A DNA stretch of 63,929 nucleotides, filler included, from Octopus bimaculoides (lineage: Eukaryota), in assembly GCF_001194135.2 (NCBI RefSeq). It is 5 parts of 5 records of this genome, joined end to end, with 100 filler letters (N's around TTAATTAATTAA, not from the genome) between each part and the next. Parts side by side here need not be neighbours in the genome. Positions count along the whole stretch, not along the records: positions 1 to 21,554 come from NC_069007.1; positions 21,655 to 44,030 come from NC_068985.1; 3 more parts are not named here. One strand, given 5' to 3'. The notes beneath the pieces are model-generated. The model was not told the DNA's origin. It ran no database searches and saw only the letters and a list, made by a program, of their open reading frames with translations. Within the stretch, counting starts at the first letter, position 1. Every line of letters begins with the position of its first letter. Position numbers and translations under genes: made by a program. Of the stretch, positions 11,546 to 23,132 are shown one piece after another.

Positions 11546-12004
11546 TAGTTTGCTTCTTCTTTTGGCTCCTCCCATCCTCCCCATGCAGGACTGTGATCAA
11601 AAGCATTCCAGCTATGACCATCTCATCTTTTATTCCACCAGCATAGTGCATCTCACACTACATTGACCAGCGTGTCTTTTCTTATAGACTGCAGAGTATA
11701 ATTGGAAAGAGATTTGGCTGTTATATCTAGCAGGCCAGTGACCATATAGACGAGACATTTTTAATCAGTGTGACACAAGTGTTTGAGGGAAGTTGAACAA
11801 TGCCAGGAGATGTAGGTGTGTGCATGGCTATGTGGTTAAGAAATTTGCTTCCTGACCATGTGGTTTCAGGCTCAGTCTTACTGCATGGCACCTTGGGAAA
11901 TGTCTCCTTCTATAACCCTAGGCTGAGCAATGCCTTGTGAGTGGATTTTGTAGACAGGAACTGTAAGAAGCCTAGCATTTATCTATCTATCTATCTGTCT
12001 ATTT

Positions 12005-12190
12005 AGGGGGGAATTTACGAAAAAACAACAACAGACGAGGACAGGTGGTGTAAACAACAAATGGATGTATTAGTTTAACGCTCGGGAATAGAGAAAGTCT
12101 TTAACATTTCGAGCCTACGCTCTTCAACTGAAAGGAACACAGAAAGAAATAAGGAGAGAAACAAGGAGAAAAAAATATAAATGTAGTGGT
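12005..12190 (-). mobile_element. Interspersed repeat with a degenerate hammerhead-like scaffold (Penelope-type tail)
   Basis: The minus strand of 12099-12134 reads CTTT CAGTTGA A GAGC-gtag-GCTC GAAA TGTT AAAG. Confidence 0.4.
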
Positions 12191-14251
12191 CAGCGATCTA
12201 TCTGTTTCTCTATCTTTCTATCTCTCTTTCTCTATCCATCTATCTATCTATCTGTCTGTCTATTTATCTGTCTCTCTCTCTTTCTCTATCTTTCTATCTC
12301 ACTCTCTCTCTCTCTCTATCCATCTATTTCTAACTTTCTATCTCTCCATCTATCTATCTGTGTGCGTGCGTGTATGTGTATATTATATATGTGTGTTTGT
12401 GTAGAGAGTTCATATTTTCCCAATCTGTTTGCTGATTGTAAACAATGGCTCACTGATAGTTCCGGATGGTGTTGTTTGCAATCTACCACAAAAACATGTC
12501 CAGGCTCTTTGTTGTTCAGTAGTCCAGGAAATTATTCATTTGCTTGGAAACAGGTGGTGGGGTTGGTGTTGGGGGAAATGGCTGTGGTGATGGTGGTGGG
12601 GGGGGGGTCTGGTCATAGAAAACTCTCGTTTTGACATATTCTCATTCGATCCGGGCAAGCATGGAAAAAATATGTGTTAAAACAATGCTAATCAAGTTTT
12701 CTCGAGTTCNNNNNNNNNNNNNNNNNNNNNNNNNNNNNNNNNNNNNNNNNNNNNNNNNNNNNNNNNNNNNNNNNNNNNNNNNNNNNNNNNNNNNNNNNNN
12801 NNNNNNNNNNNNNNNNNNNNNNNNNNNNNNNNNNNNNNNNNNNNNNNNNNNNNNNNNNNNNNNNNNNNNNNNNNNNNNNNNNNNNNNNNNNNNNNNNNNN
12901 NNNNNNNNNNNNNNNNNNNNNNNNNNNNNNNNNNNNNNNNNNNNNNNNNNNNNNNNNNNNNNNNNNNNNNNNNNNNNNNNNNNNNNNNNNNNNNNNNNNN
13001 NNNNNNNNNNNNNNNNNNNNNNNNNNNNNNNNNNNNNNNNNNNNNNNNNNNNNNNNNNNNNNNNNNNNNNNNNNNNNNNNNNNNNNNNNNNNNNNNNNNN
13101 NNNNNNNNNNNNNNNNNNNNNNNNNNNNNNNNNNNNNNNNNNNNNNNNNNNNNNNNNNNNNNNNNNNNNNNNNNNNNNNNNNNNNNNNNNNNNNNNNNNN
13201 NNNNNNNNNNNNNNNNNNNNNNNNNNNNNNNNNNNNNNNNNNNNNNNNNNNNNNNNNNNNNNNNNNNNNNNNNNNNNNNNNNNNNNNNNNNNNNNNNNNN
13301 NNNNNNNNNNNNNNNNNNNNNNNNNNNNNNNNNNNNNNNNNNNNNNNNNNNNNNNNNNCTAGGCTATAGTAGAAAACACTTGCTCAAGATGTCATGCAAT
13401 GAGACTGAACTCGCAACCACATACTTCAGAACCAAGCTTCTTACCACACATCCATGCCAACCAAGGGTAATGGATTGGCGGCACAATAGATGTCAGAGCA
13501 GATCCCCTACTATTTCTTATTTCTTTATTGCCCACAAAGGGCTAAACATAGAGGGGACAAACAAGGACAGACAAAGGGATTAAGTCAATTACATCGACCC
13601 CAGTGCATAACTGGTACTTAATTTATCGACCTCGGCGGAATTTGAACTCAGAACGTAACGGCAGACGAAATACCGCTAAGCATTTCGCCCGGCATGCTAA
13701 CGATTCTTCATAGCCTGTTGACAGTGGTGGTGATCATAGTGATGATGGTAGTCATGGTGATAATGATAGTGACAGTGGTGGTGGTCGTCGTGATGGTTAT
13801 GATGACAGCAATGGTGATGGGATTTATCCAAGCAAAGGTGAAACCACCTCCTCTCCCTCCCAGCCAAGGAGCTCTGTCTTGCAAGTTGCTTGGTGACCCT
13901 GCTGGTGTGGGTGCCACGTAAAAAGCACCCAGTACACTCTGTAAAGTGGTTGGGTGTTGGGAAGGGCATCCAGCCATGGGAACCAAGCCTAAACAGACTA
14001 TGACGCATGGTGTGGCTTCCAGCCTTACCAGCTCCTGTCAAATTGTCCAACCCATCCATGCCAACATAGAAAATGGATGTTGAATGATAATGATGATGAT
14101 GCATCACCATCATCATCACCACCAATGTGTCCACCCTTTTTGATGACAGTTCACACACACATACACACACACATGCATATAGATACACGCTAACACTCCC
14201 GACATGTGATGATGATGTTGACAATGATGATGATGATGTTGTTACATGTAG

Positions 14252-14396
14252 GTTTGGAGCGAGAGAAATTAATCAAGATGGCGTTCCTGTGTGGCAGTGA
14301 CTACACCCCTGGTATTGCAGGGGTTGGTCCTGTGACAGCCCTGGAAATACTTGCCGAATTCAACGGAAAATACTTGGAAGGTTTACAGACACTCAA
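14252..14396 (+). CDS. ERCC5: XPG H2TH exon, 145 nt ([37 protein letters not shown])
   Basis: catgtag|GT ... AA|gtaagt. The phase matches the previous exon, and the GSDYT.GI.GVG.VTA.EIL.EF motif is present. Confidence 0.97.
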
Positions 14397-14439
14397 GTAA
14401 GTAAATATAGCTTATTAGTATTGTTGTTGTTGTTTAGAC

Positions 14440-15075
14440 TAAGATTAAACACTCTCCAGCCATGACCAACCTGCCTTTTTTTTTTTTTTTTTTAATCTAG
14501 ATCTACATTGGGGAATTGTTTTTCTGCTTGTTGTTCAAAACTATATCAGCTCAAAGACATTCCAGATATGACTATCCAATCTAAGGTGCATTGTCCGACT
14601 GTTATCATTGTTGTTTAACCCCAGGTCAGCTCTTAATCCTGCAGACCTATGATCAAAGGCTCTTCAGTTATGACCATCCTGATTTTTTTTTAAAAATCTA
14701 ACGGAGAATTGTTTTCATGCTTGTTGTTCAACTTTAGGTCAGCTCTGATCCAACAGAATTATGATCAAAGGCATTCCAGATATGACCATCTTGTCTGGGA
14801 TGCATTGTTCAACTGTTGTCGTCGTTTAAACCCCAGGTCCGCTCTGATCCAGCAGTCGAGTGTCCTGTCAATCAAGGATAATACTGTCCAGCTGTGGTCA
14901 TTGTTTAACCCTGGGTCAACCTAATCTAGTAAACATGCAATCAAAGGCATTCCAGCCATGACCATTCCGTATATTAAAGACTACACTGTCCAACTGTTGT
15001 TGAACCCCAGGTCAGCCCTGATCCAGCTGGCATATGGTCAGACATTCCACTGTTGACCATCCAGTCTTATATTAT
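14440..15075 (+). repeat. Degenerate tandem array (6-7 units) of GTTTAACCCCAGGTCAGC.CTGATC...ATGATCAAAGGCATTCCAG..ATGACCATC
   Basis: Units start near 14450, 14530, 14608, 14720, 14815, 14900 and 14995. Single copies lie at ~11585, ~15640(-) and ~18462. Confidence 0.7.
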
Positions 15076-15299
15076 TTTATCCCATGTTTTTCTTTACTAC
15101 TTACTTTACAGTAAGATGTGTGATGAGAGGGAGATTTAACTGCTCGTTCTTGAAGGTCAAGCCATAACTAAGGCCTCCTCGTCATCTCATTATCCCTGTT
15201 GTACTTAACTAAGTTAGTAACGAGTGAATGAGAGAGCCCATGTGGTTGCACAGTCTGCTAGAAATAGAAGCCAAATAGAAATAAGAAATTTTAGATAAA

Positions 15300-15530
15300 G
15301 GCGGTGAGCTGGCAGAGACATTAGCAGGCCAGGCAAAAGGCTTAGTGCTATTTCGTCTGCCGCTATGTTCTGAGTTCAAATTCCGCCAAGGTCGACTTTG
15401 CCTTTCATGCTTTCGGGGTCGATTAAATAAGTACCAGTTACGCACTGGGGTCGACGTAATCGACTTAATCCGTTTGTCTGTCCTTGTTTGTCCCCTCTCT
15501 GTGTAGCCCCTTGTGGGCAATAAAGAAATA
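15300..15530 (+). mobile_element. tRNA-derived SINE family A (head GGCGGTGAGCTGGCAGA), young copy
   Basis: tRNA-like head with a B-box-like GAGTTCAAATTCC. A 17-bp direct repeat AGAAATAGAAGCCAAAT flanks it (15260-15276 and 15531-15547). Other copies: ~13505-13710(-), 19376-19535(+), 20051-20350(+), 41985-42150(+), 47540-47745(+), 49020-49204(-), 4879-5030(-). Confidence 0.85.
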
Positions 15531-16073
15531 AGAAATAGAAGCCAAATTTCTGTCATATCTCACTACAATATTGTGGAAGGGTACATCTGTTTAATGTGAT
15601 CCCTGGTTTGCCTACACACAGTAAAACGACTGGGTGGCCACAGCTGGAATGTCTTCAATCATAAGGCTGAGCTGGGGTTAAACGAAAATAGTAAAAACAG
15701 AAACAGAACTACAGTCTTAGATTTTGGAGCCAATGACAGATACAACTCAAAAGTCTTCATTCCTTTTTGTCTACAAAAGTGTTTGCATGGCAGAGTTAAT
15801 GTTGTGTGGTGAAGTTCATCCATTGCATGGCCAAACTCTTTCATTACTATATTTCTGTTGAAATAAATTTTGAAAATAATGAAGAATTTATTTTTTACTT
15901 GTTTTAGTCACTAGACTACGACCATGCTGGGGCACCACCTTGAATTTTTAGTTAAATGAATTGACCCCACTATTTCTTTTTTTAAGCCTGATACTTATTC
16001 TGTCAGTCTCTATTGCCAAACTGTTAAATTATGGGAATGCAAACACACCCACACACGTAGATATATGTATATA

Positions 16074-16268
16074 CAGGGTGGTCACAAAGTCTGGGTACAT
16101 GGGGATTAACACATACTTTAAGAAATTATTATTTTTTATATTTAATTGTTTATGTTATGATTTTATTTACTCCATGTACCCACATGGGGATTAACACATA
16201 CTTTCAGAAATGTTATGTTATGAAATGATTTTATTTACTCCATGTAGCCAGACTTTGTGGACACCCTG
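16074..16268. mobile_element. Tc1/mariner-type MITE with an internal duplication
   Basis: TA|CAGGGTGGTCACAAAGTCTGGGTACATGG...CCATGTAGCCAGACTTTGTGGACACCCTG|TA. The segment catggggattaacacatacttt occurs twice. Confidence 0.85.
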
Positions 16269-16743
16269 TATAATGCCCGACCCCTCTCAGAATTCCTTGT
16301 CTTGCGAGTTACTTGGTTACCCTGCCAGTGCTGGTGCCACATAAAAAGCATCCGGTCCACACTGCATTCAGCTAAATAAATCATGCCAAAACTAACTTCG
16401 CCTGTGCTAGTACCTTGTAAAAATCACTGAGTCCACTCTGCAGAGTGGTTGGTGTTAGGAAGGGCATCCAGCCATAAAAACCCTGCCAAAACAGACACAG
16501 TAGCCTAGGGTAGTTGGCTACCTGGCTGGCTCTTCTCATCCATCCTACCCATACATCCATGGAAGACAGACATTAAATGACGATGATGATGATATATATA
16601 TACATATATATATATAAAACATACATATATGTATGTCATATAATTTTTCTGAATCTTCAGATTTTTTCAATATGCTAGGCCACTGGTTTTAAATTGATAT
16701 TAATCAAATTAATATTCAACTTTTCACCCTTATTGTTTAAATT

Positions 16744-16774
<31 letters not shown>

Positions 16775-17240
16775 ATGTGATGGGCTTCTTTCAGTTTCTG
16801 TATACCAAATCCACTCTCAAGGTTTTGTTTGTCCTGAGGCTATAGCAGAAGACACTTTCCCAAGTGGGACTGAACCTGGAACCATGTGGTTGGGAAGTGA
16901 GCTTCTTACCACACAGCCACACCTGCACCTATGTAGTAGTAGAATCTTGTAAAATAACTTTTGGAACATAAATTGTAGATGCAAAGTTTAAATTCAGATC
17001 ACTTGAATCAGCATGAAGTTTATATCTTCGAACCAGGGCAACCTCAGGTGGATTGGTTCTCAAAGGATTAACATCACCATTTTGCCCTTCTCAAAGGTGA
17101 AGATAGGGAGATTATTATTATTAAGGCGACAAGCTGGCAGAATTGTTAGCATGCCAATTATTATTATTACCATTATCATTATTATTTCATTGTCTTCTCA
17201 CAAGCCAACCAAACAAAAATGTTGAATTTTCTGTTTCCAG

Positions 17241-17329
17241 AACCTGGTGGGATTCTACAAGAGATCAAATTAAAATTCCTCAAGAAATCAAACTGAAATC
17301 CAAACTTAGACAAATGGAAATTCATGATG
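17241..17329 (+). CDS. ERCC5: XPG exon, 89 nt (K|TWWDSTRDQIKIPQEIKLKSKLRQMEIHDG)
   Basis: ctgtttccag|A ... G|gtaatg. Homologous to human EWWHEAQ...TKVKKKLRTLQLTPG, with consistent phases. Confidence 0.92.
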
Positions 17330-18349
17330 GTAATGATGCAGTTCTTATAATATTGCTCTGTGTGTGTATGCCTGCTGTGTGTATGTGTATGATGGATGTA
17401 TATATATATTATGTATTCATATCTATGTATGGATGTGTATATGTTAATGTGTGTGCATGTATGAACATGTCTGTTTATTATGTATGTGCCTATGTATAGA
17501 TCTGTATATATTCATATATGTCTGTATCTATTAACATATGTTAATGCATAACTATTAATATATGTGTATTCAAGTTTTGCTTCAAAACTGGGTGAAAAGA
17601 AATGCCCCTGAAAGTGAACAAGAACTAAAAATATCAATACTTTGCTGTGTTTTTTGATCATCAATGCTATTATACTTCACCCTTTTTTCCAGTAAATACA
17701 AATAGCATAAAATCTATTTTCTGATGTGCAAAAGTGTTGCACAAGTAAAACAAAATTCAAATTTTGTGTTAGAAATGTTATCAATGTCATCATACACTTA
17801 ACGTACTTAATGTGTTTGTTAAATGCTTGTAGCTGAGATATTACATGTTGCAGGGATCCCTTTAAGGACATTGTGTTCAAGATAAACACAGAATACTTCA
17901 AAGCTAGGTGAAACGAAATGTGTATATATAATGTATGTGTGTTTGTATGTCAGTATCTGTGTGTGTGTGTAGAAGATGGTTGGTTGTCAGAATCATTCAA
18001 GTGTCTGTCAAATGCTTTGTGCTGTTTCTTCGAGTTCTTTACATTCTGAGTTCAAATGTTGCCATCGTCAACTTCATGTTCCATTCTTCTAGGGGTCAAT
18101 TCTGTCTGTCTCCCTCTTGGCTGTGATAGAGTTATGTAACACCATTTACCATGTCTGTGATGTCAGGAAAGTGAAAAAAATCTTTCTAACACCAAAAACA
18201 AATGCCAGAAAATCCAGAAAGCTCCAAAGAACCACCCAACACTCCAAGAATTGGCAGATGATGGTGACAGTAGTAATGACATTGGTGGTGGTGGTGGTGG
18301 TGGTGTTAATGATAATCCTTCTATATATTCTGTCCTTAATCTTTTCCAG

Positions 18350-18452
18350 GTTTCCCAAATCCCTCGGTTGTTGAAGCTTATGAAAACCCTGAAGTTGACA
18401 AGTCCGAGGAGGCTTTCTCCTGGGCCCTTCCCAAGCTGGACGAACTCCGACT
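18350..18452 (+). CDS. ERCC5: XPG exon, 103 nt (GFPNPSVVEAYENPEVDKSEEAFSWALPKLDELRL)
   Basis: cttttccag|GT ... CT|gtatccttt. Matches human [35 protein letters not shown]. Confidence 0.95.
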
Positions 18453-19663
18453 GTATCCTTTTTAATCCCAAACCAACCCTGATCCAGATCTTTGATCAAG
18501 GTGCTCCAGTCATGACACTCCAGTCTTGTTTTCAAATTCATCTCTTTTTTTTTAAAAGAGAGTATCACTTGAGTGATATTTAGCTGCTGTTTCCAGCAGT
18601 TTGCAAGTTCTTGTTTTATACAATAATTTTTTTCATTTTTAGTTTTTGTTTCACTGCATTTTAACACATCATCACCACCATCACCATCACAACAGCCATC
18701 ATCCCCATCATGTCTACAACTACCATCATCACCATCACCACCATGATAATCATCGTTATGATGCATGTTTTCTTTTTGTTTTTGCTTTGTTGCTGTAGCT
18801 TGGGCAGGTTTGAAAACTATATTCACATCAGAAATTTGTCTGGGATTACCATTTACCATTTTACAAGCCACCATTTCAGTTTCCTGCTTCATGGTTTTTT
18901 GTTTTTTTTACCACATGTTTGTATCACCATCAGTCACGACCAGGAGCAGCAGCAACAGCACCACTTCTAGAGCTACCATCCATCTTATATGCCTTATGTC
19001 CATACCACTCCCACCATCACCACCTATCTCTATTCTAACTACCATCCACTACCATCACATCACATTTCCATATTATCATCCCAATTGTCTGCTCTGGCCA
19101 CCATCGCATATCTATTATCTAGACAACTGCCAGCACCTGCTTCTACTCTTGCTACGATCACGTCCATACCTGTACCACTGTCATCACTCACCTGTACCAC
19201 TGTCATCACTCACCTGTACTGTAACTGTCATCACTCACCTGTACTGTAACTGCCATCACACACCTGTATCCTTACCACCACCATCACCAGCCTCTAACTA
19301 CCATCCACAACCATCATATTTCCATGCTATCCTGACATTCTTTTGCTCTCTCTACCATTATTACATCACCATTAAGGCGGCGAGCTGGCAGAATCGTTAG
19401 CACGCAGGGCAAAAAGCTTAGCAGTATTTCACCCATCAGTTCATTCTGAGTTCAAATTCCGCCAAGGTCAGCTTTGCCTTTCATCCTTTCGGGGTCAATA
19501 AATTAAGTACCAGTTGAGTATTAGGGTCAATGCGATATGTGCCTATTGTAGAAAGGATTACTACATGACCATTTCAGAGCCACCATTTCATTCCATCCAA
19601 GAACCATTACCATTCTGAATTAAACATGTCTTTTATGTATTACCCGTAACTCCAGACTCTCAG
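18453..19663 (+). other. U12-type (minor spliceosome) GT-AG intron
   Basis: 5' splice site GTATCCTTT is an exact U12 consensus. A branch-like CCCGTAAC (19643-19650) lies 13 nt before the 3' end, and there is no strong polypyrimidine tract. Confidence 0.85.
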
Positions 19664-19751
19664 ATACACATCCGAAAAGTTAGGTTGGTCCAGGAATAAA
19701 ACAGATGAAATCTTACTTCCTGTTCTGTCTGCATTGAATAAGCCTGCCAAG
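19664..19751 (+). CDS. ERCC5: XPG exon, 88 nt (L|YTSEKLGWSRNKTDEILLPVLSALNKPAK)
   Basis: ctctcag|A ... AAG|gtaaga. Matches human [24 protein letters not shown]. This exon is not in the ORF track. Confidence 0.93.
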
Positions 19752-20933
19752 GTAAGAGACCAGATTTTATTCTAAACACGCACGTAGAAGGGCTGGGGAG
19801 TTGAGTGGTCAAGGAGCTTGCTTTGCAACCTCGAGGTTTCAGGTTCAGTCCCACTATGTGGTATCTTGGGCAAGTTGTCTTCTACTATAGACCCAGGGCA
19901 GCCAATGCTTTGTGAGTGAATTTGGTCGATGGAAACTGTGTATGTGTGTTTGTGCTTGCCCCTCCCCACACAATGCTTCATAACCAATGTTGGTTTGTTT
20001 ACATCCCTGTAACTTACTGGTTTGCCAAAAGAACTTGTTTCCTTGCTGAGGTGGCGAGCTGGCAGCATCGTTAGCACACCAGGTGAAAGGCTTAGCGGTA
20101 TTTCGGCTATCTTTATGTTCTGAGTTCAAATTCCACCGAGGTTGACTTTGCCTTTCATCCTTTCAGAGTTGATAAATTAAGTACCAGTTACGCACTGGAG
20201 TCGATATAATCGACTTTAATCCGTTTGTCTGTCCTTGTTTGTCCCCTCTGTGTTTAGCCCCTTGTGTGTAGTAAAGAAATAAGAAACATTAGCACACTGG
20301 GCGAAAAGCTTAGATGTATTTCGTCTGTCTTTATGTTCTGAGTTCAAATTCCAGACTTGAGGCTGTAAAAAAAGACCCTTGTCCAGGATGCCACACAGTG
20401 GGGCTGAACCCAAAATCACATGGTTGCAAAGCATACTTCTAAACCACACGGCCATGCTGATACACATCCAAATACACTTATAAACAAATAGTCACACATA
20501 CACTTAAACCCATATGCAAAACACATATATGCTAATACTCACAAAACCATATGCATATACACACACACACATATATATGTGTGTTTATATATATATATAT
20601 ATATACACATACATGTATACATACATATATAAAGCATCCAGTCCACACTGTAATGTGGTTTGCATTTGGAAGGGCATCCAGCTGTAAAAATGATGCCAAA
20701 ACTAACCTCTCTTGAGCTAGTGCAACATAAAAAGCACTGAGTCCATTCTGCCGAGTGGTTGGTGTTAGGAAGGGCATCCAGCCATAAAAACCCTTTTAAA
20801 ACAGACACAGTAGCCTAGGGTAGTTTTTCCACCTGGCCAGCTCCTGTCATCCGTCCTACCCATGGAAGATGGACGTTAACCGATGATGATGATGATGATA
20901 CATAGATATCTATATACATATATATACATACAT

Positions 20934-21230
20934 ACTCTTTTACTTGTTTCAGTCATTCGAATGTGACCATGCTGGAGCACCACCTTTAGTTGAGCAAATC
21001 GACCCCTTTTGCCGAATAGCATCAGTTGTCTGGTGAGGGTGGGGGTACAAACACACACATATATATATACGACGGGCTTCTTTCAGTTTCTGTCTACCGA
21101 ATCCACTCACAAGGCTTTGGTCGGCCCGAGGCTATAGCAGAAGACACTTGCCCAAGGTGCCATGCAGTGGGACTGAACCCGGAACCATGTGGTTGGTAAG
21201 CAAGCTACTTACCACACAGCCACTCCTGCA
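20934..21230 (-). mobile_element. tRNA-derived SINE family B (CORE-like GGCACCTTGGGCAAGTGTC, internal TA/TG microsatellite)
   Basis: Head GCAGGAGTGGCTGTGTGGTAAG...GGTTCAGTCCCAC and tail ACTGAAACAAGTAAAAGAG. Other copies or parts: 1-250, 3620-3730, 11815-11975, 16745-16930(-), 19795-20035, 36130-36462, 45170-45597, 55720-55920, 62394-62630, 63540-63760. Confidence 0.85.
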
Positions 21231-21554
21231 ATTATTTTTCCATTTTCTGAAAAAAAGCAACATTTTAAACTTATGACACTCTTCCATAATAGCAACGATA
21301 TATATACATACATATACATACATACATACACATACATACATATACATACATACATATACATACATACATATGCATACATACATATGCATACATACATATG
21401 CATACATACATATATATATATATACATATATACATACATACATATATACATACATACAGATATACATACATACATATATACATACATATATACATACATA
21501 TATATATACATACATATATATATACATACATATATATATACATACATATATATA

Positions 21555-21654
21555 NNNNNNNNNNNNNNNNNNNNNNNNNNNNNNNNNNNNNNNNNNNNTT
21601 AATTAATTAANNNNNNNNNNNNNNNNNNNNNNNNNNNNNNNNNNNNNNNNNNNN
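21555..21654. other. Artificial scaffold linker 44N-TTAATTAATTAA-44N
   Basis: Exactly 100 bp with stops in all six frames. Identical copies lie at 44031-44130, 51115-51214 and 62294-62393. Confidence 0.97.
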
Positions 21655-21717
<63 letters not shown>

Positions 21718-23074
21718 TGTATGTATGTATGTATGTGTGTGTGTGTGTGTGTGTATACAAGCATACATATACATATATATCTATATATAAAGATAGATAC
21801 TTAGATTAGTAGATTTATTTATATAGAAATAGATAAATGTGTACATGCATAAGCAGATACAAACTCACACACACACACACACACACATGCACAGATATTG
21901 GTTGTCTGATTTTCTGTCTGTATGTATGTTTTGTATGTGTTTTATTGTGTAATAATACGCCGTCGAATATGTAATACGCTTCCAGTATTTTATTGTTACT
22001 CCAAGTTAGATAATATAAGAATTATTCAAAGCCCGAAATTTAGCATACGAATTATCCATATCCATCTTGCCAGCAAAACAAAGAATATAAAATATATATG
22101 GATACGGACACAGCCGCAGAACCACCATAGATATAGAATCCATACACATTGAAAATATGACTATGTATATGTGTGTGTTTCTACATCTGTCTTCATATAA
22201 TTGTACGTACTTCTTTCTTACTGTATTATTATTTGGAGATTGATGCGATTGTCATCTAAGAGACTAAAATGGCTTGCTTATAGATATTTCAGTCAAGTCA
22301 GACAAAATACCTACTTGGATGGAATATCTCTCTAAATATGATCTCTTGAAATAGGAACGTAATGGAGAACTGAAAGCGCACAGAATACAAATGATGACGA
22401 TGATCGCTAGAACGAGTAATAATAAGAATCACTTCATAACTAATATCTATCATCGTCATCATCATCCTCACCATCACCACCACGAACACTAACACCACTA
22501 TCATNNNNNNNNNNCATACACATTGAAAATATGACTATGTATATGTGTGTGTTTCTACATCTGTCTTCATATAATTGTACGTACTTCTTTCTTACTGTAT
22601 TATTATTTGGAGATTGATGCGATTGTCATCTAAGAGACTAAAATGGCTTGCTTATAGATATTTCAGTCAAGTCAGACAAAATACCTACTTGGATGGAATA
22701 TCTCTCTAAATATGATCTCTTGAAATAGGAACGTAATGGAGAACTGAAAGCGCACAGAATACAAATGATGACGATGATCGCTAGAACGAGTAATAATAAG
22801 AATCACTTCATAACTAATATCTATCATCGTCATCATCATCCTCACCATCACCACCACGAACACTAACACCACTATCATCAATACTACCACCACGACCACC
22901 GTAGTTGTCATCATCATTATCCTCATCACCACCACTACCACCACCACCACCACCAAATCCACCACTACTAGCATCGTTATCATCATCATCATCATGGACC
23001 AATAAATATTTCTTCTTTTTTTTCTTCTTCTTCTTCTTCTTCTTGTTCTTCTTCTTCTTCTTATTCTTATTCTT

Positions 23075-23132
<58 letters not shown>

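Noticed and set aside
15300-15385. tRNA-like sequences at SINE heads
   Set aside because: No complete cloverleaf is present, and each continues into a SINE body; they are not tRNA genes.
18146-18892. 248-aa minus-strand ORF
   Set aside because: It is the antisense of a real XPG exon plus (CAT/CAC)n repeats.
22145-22864. Perfect ~350-bp direct repeat (also ~51430-51580)
   Set aside because: The identical copies are separated by a 10-N gap, typical of an unmerged contig overlap.
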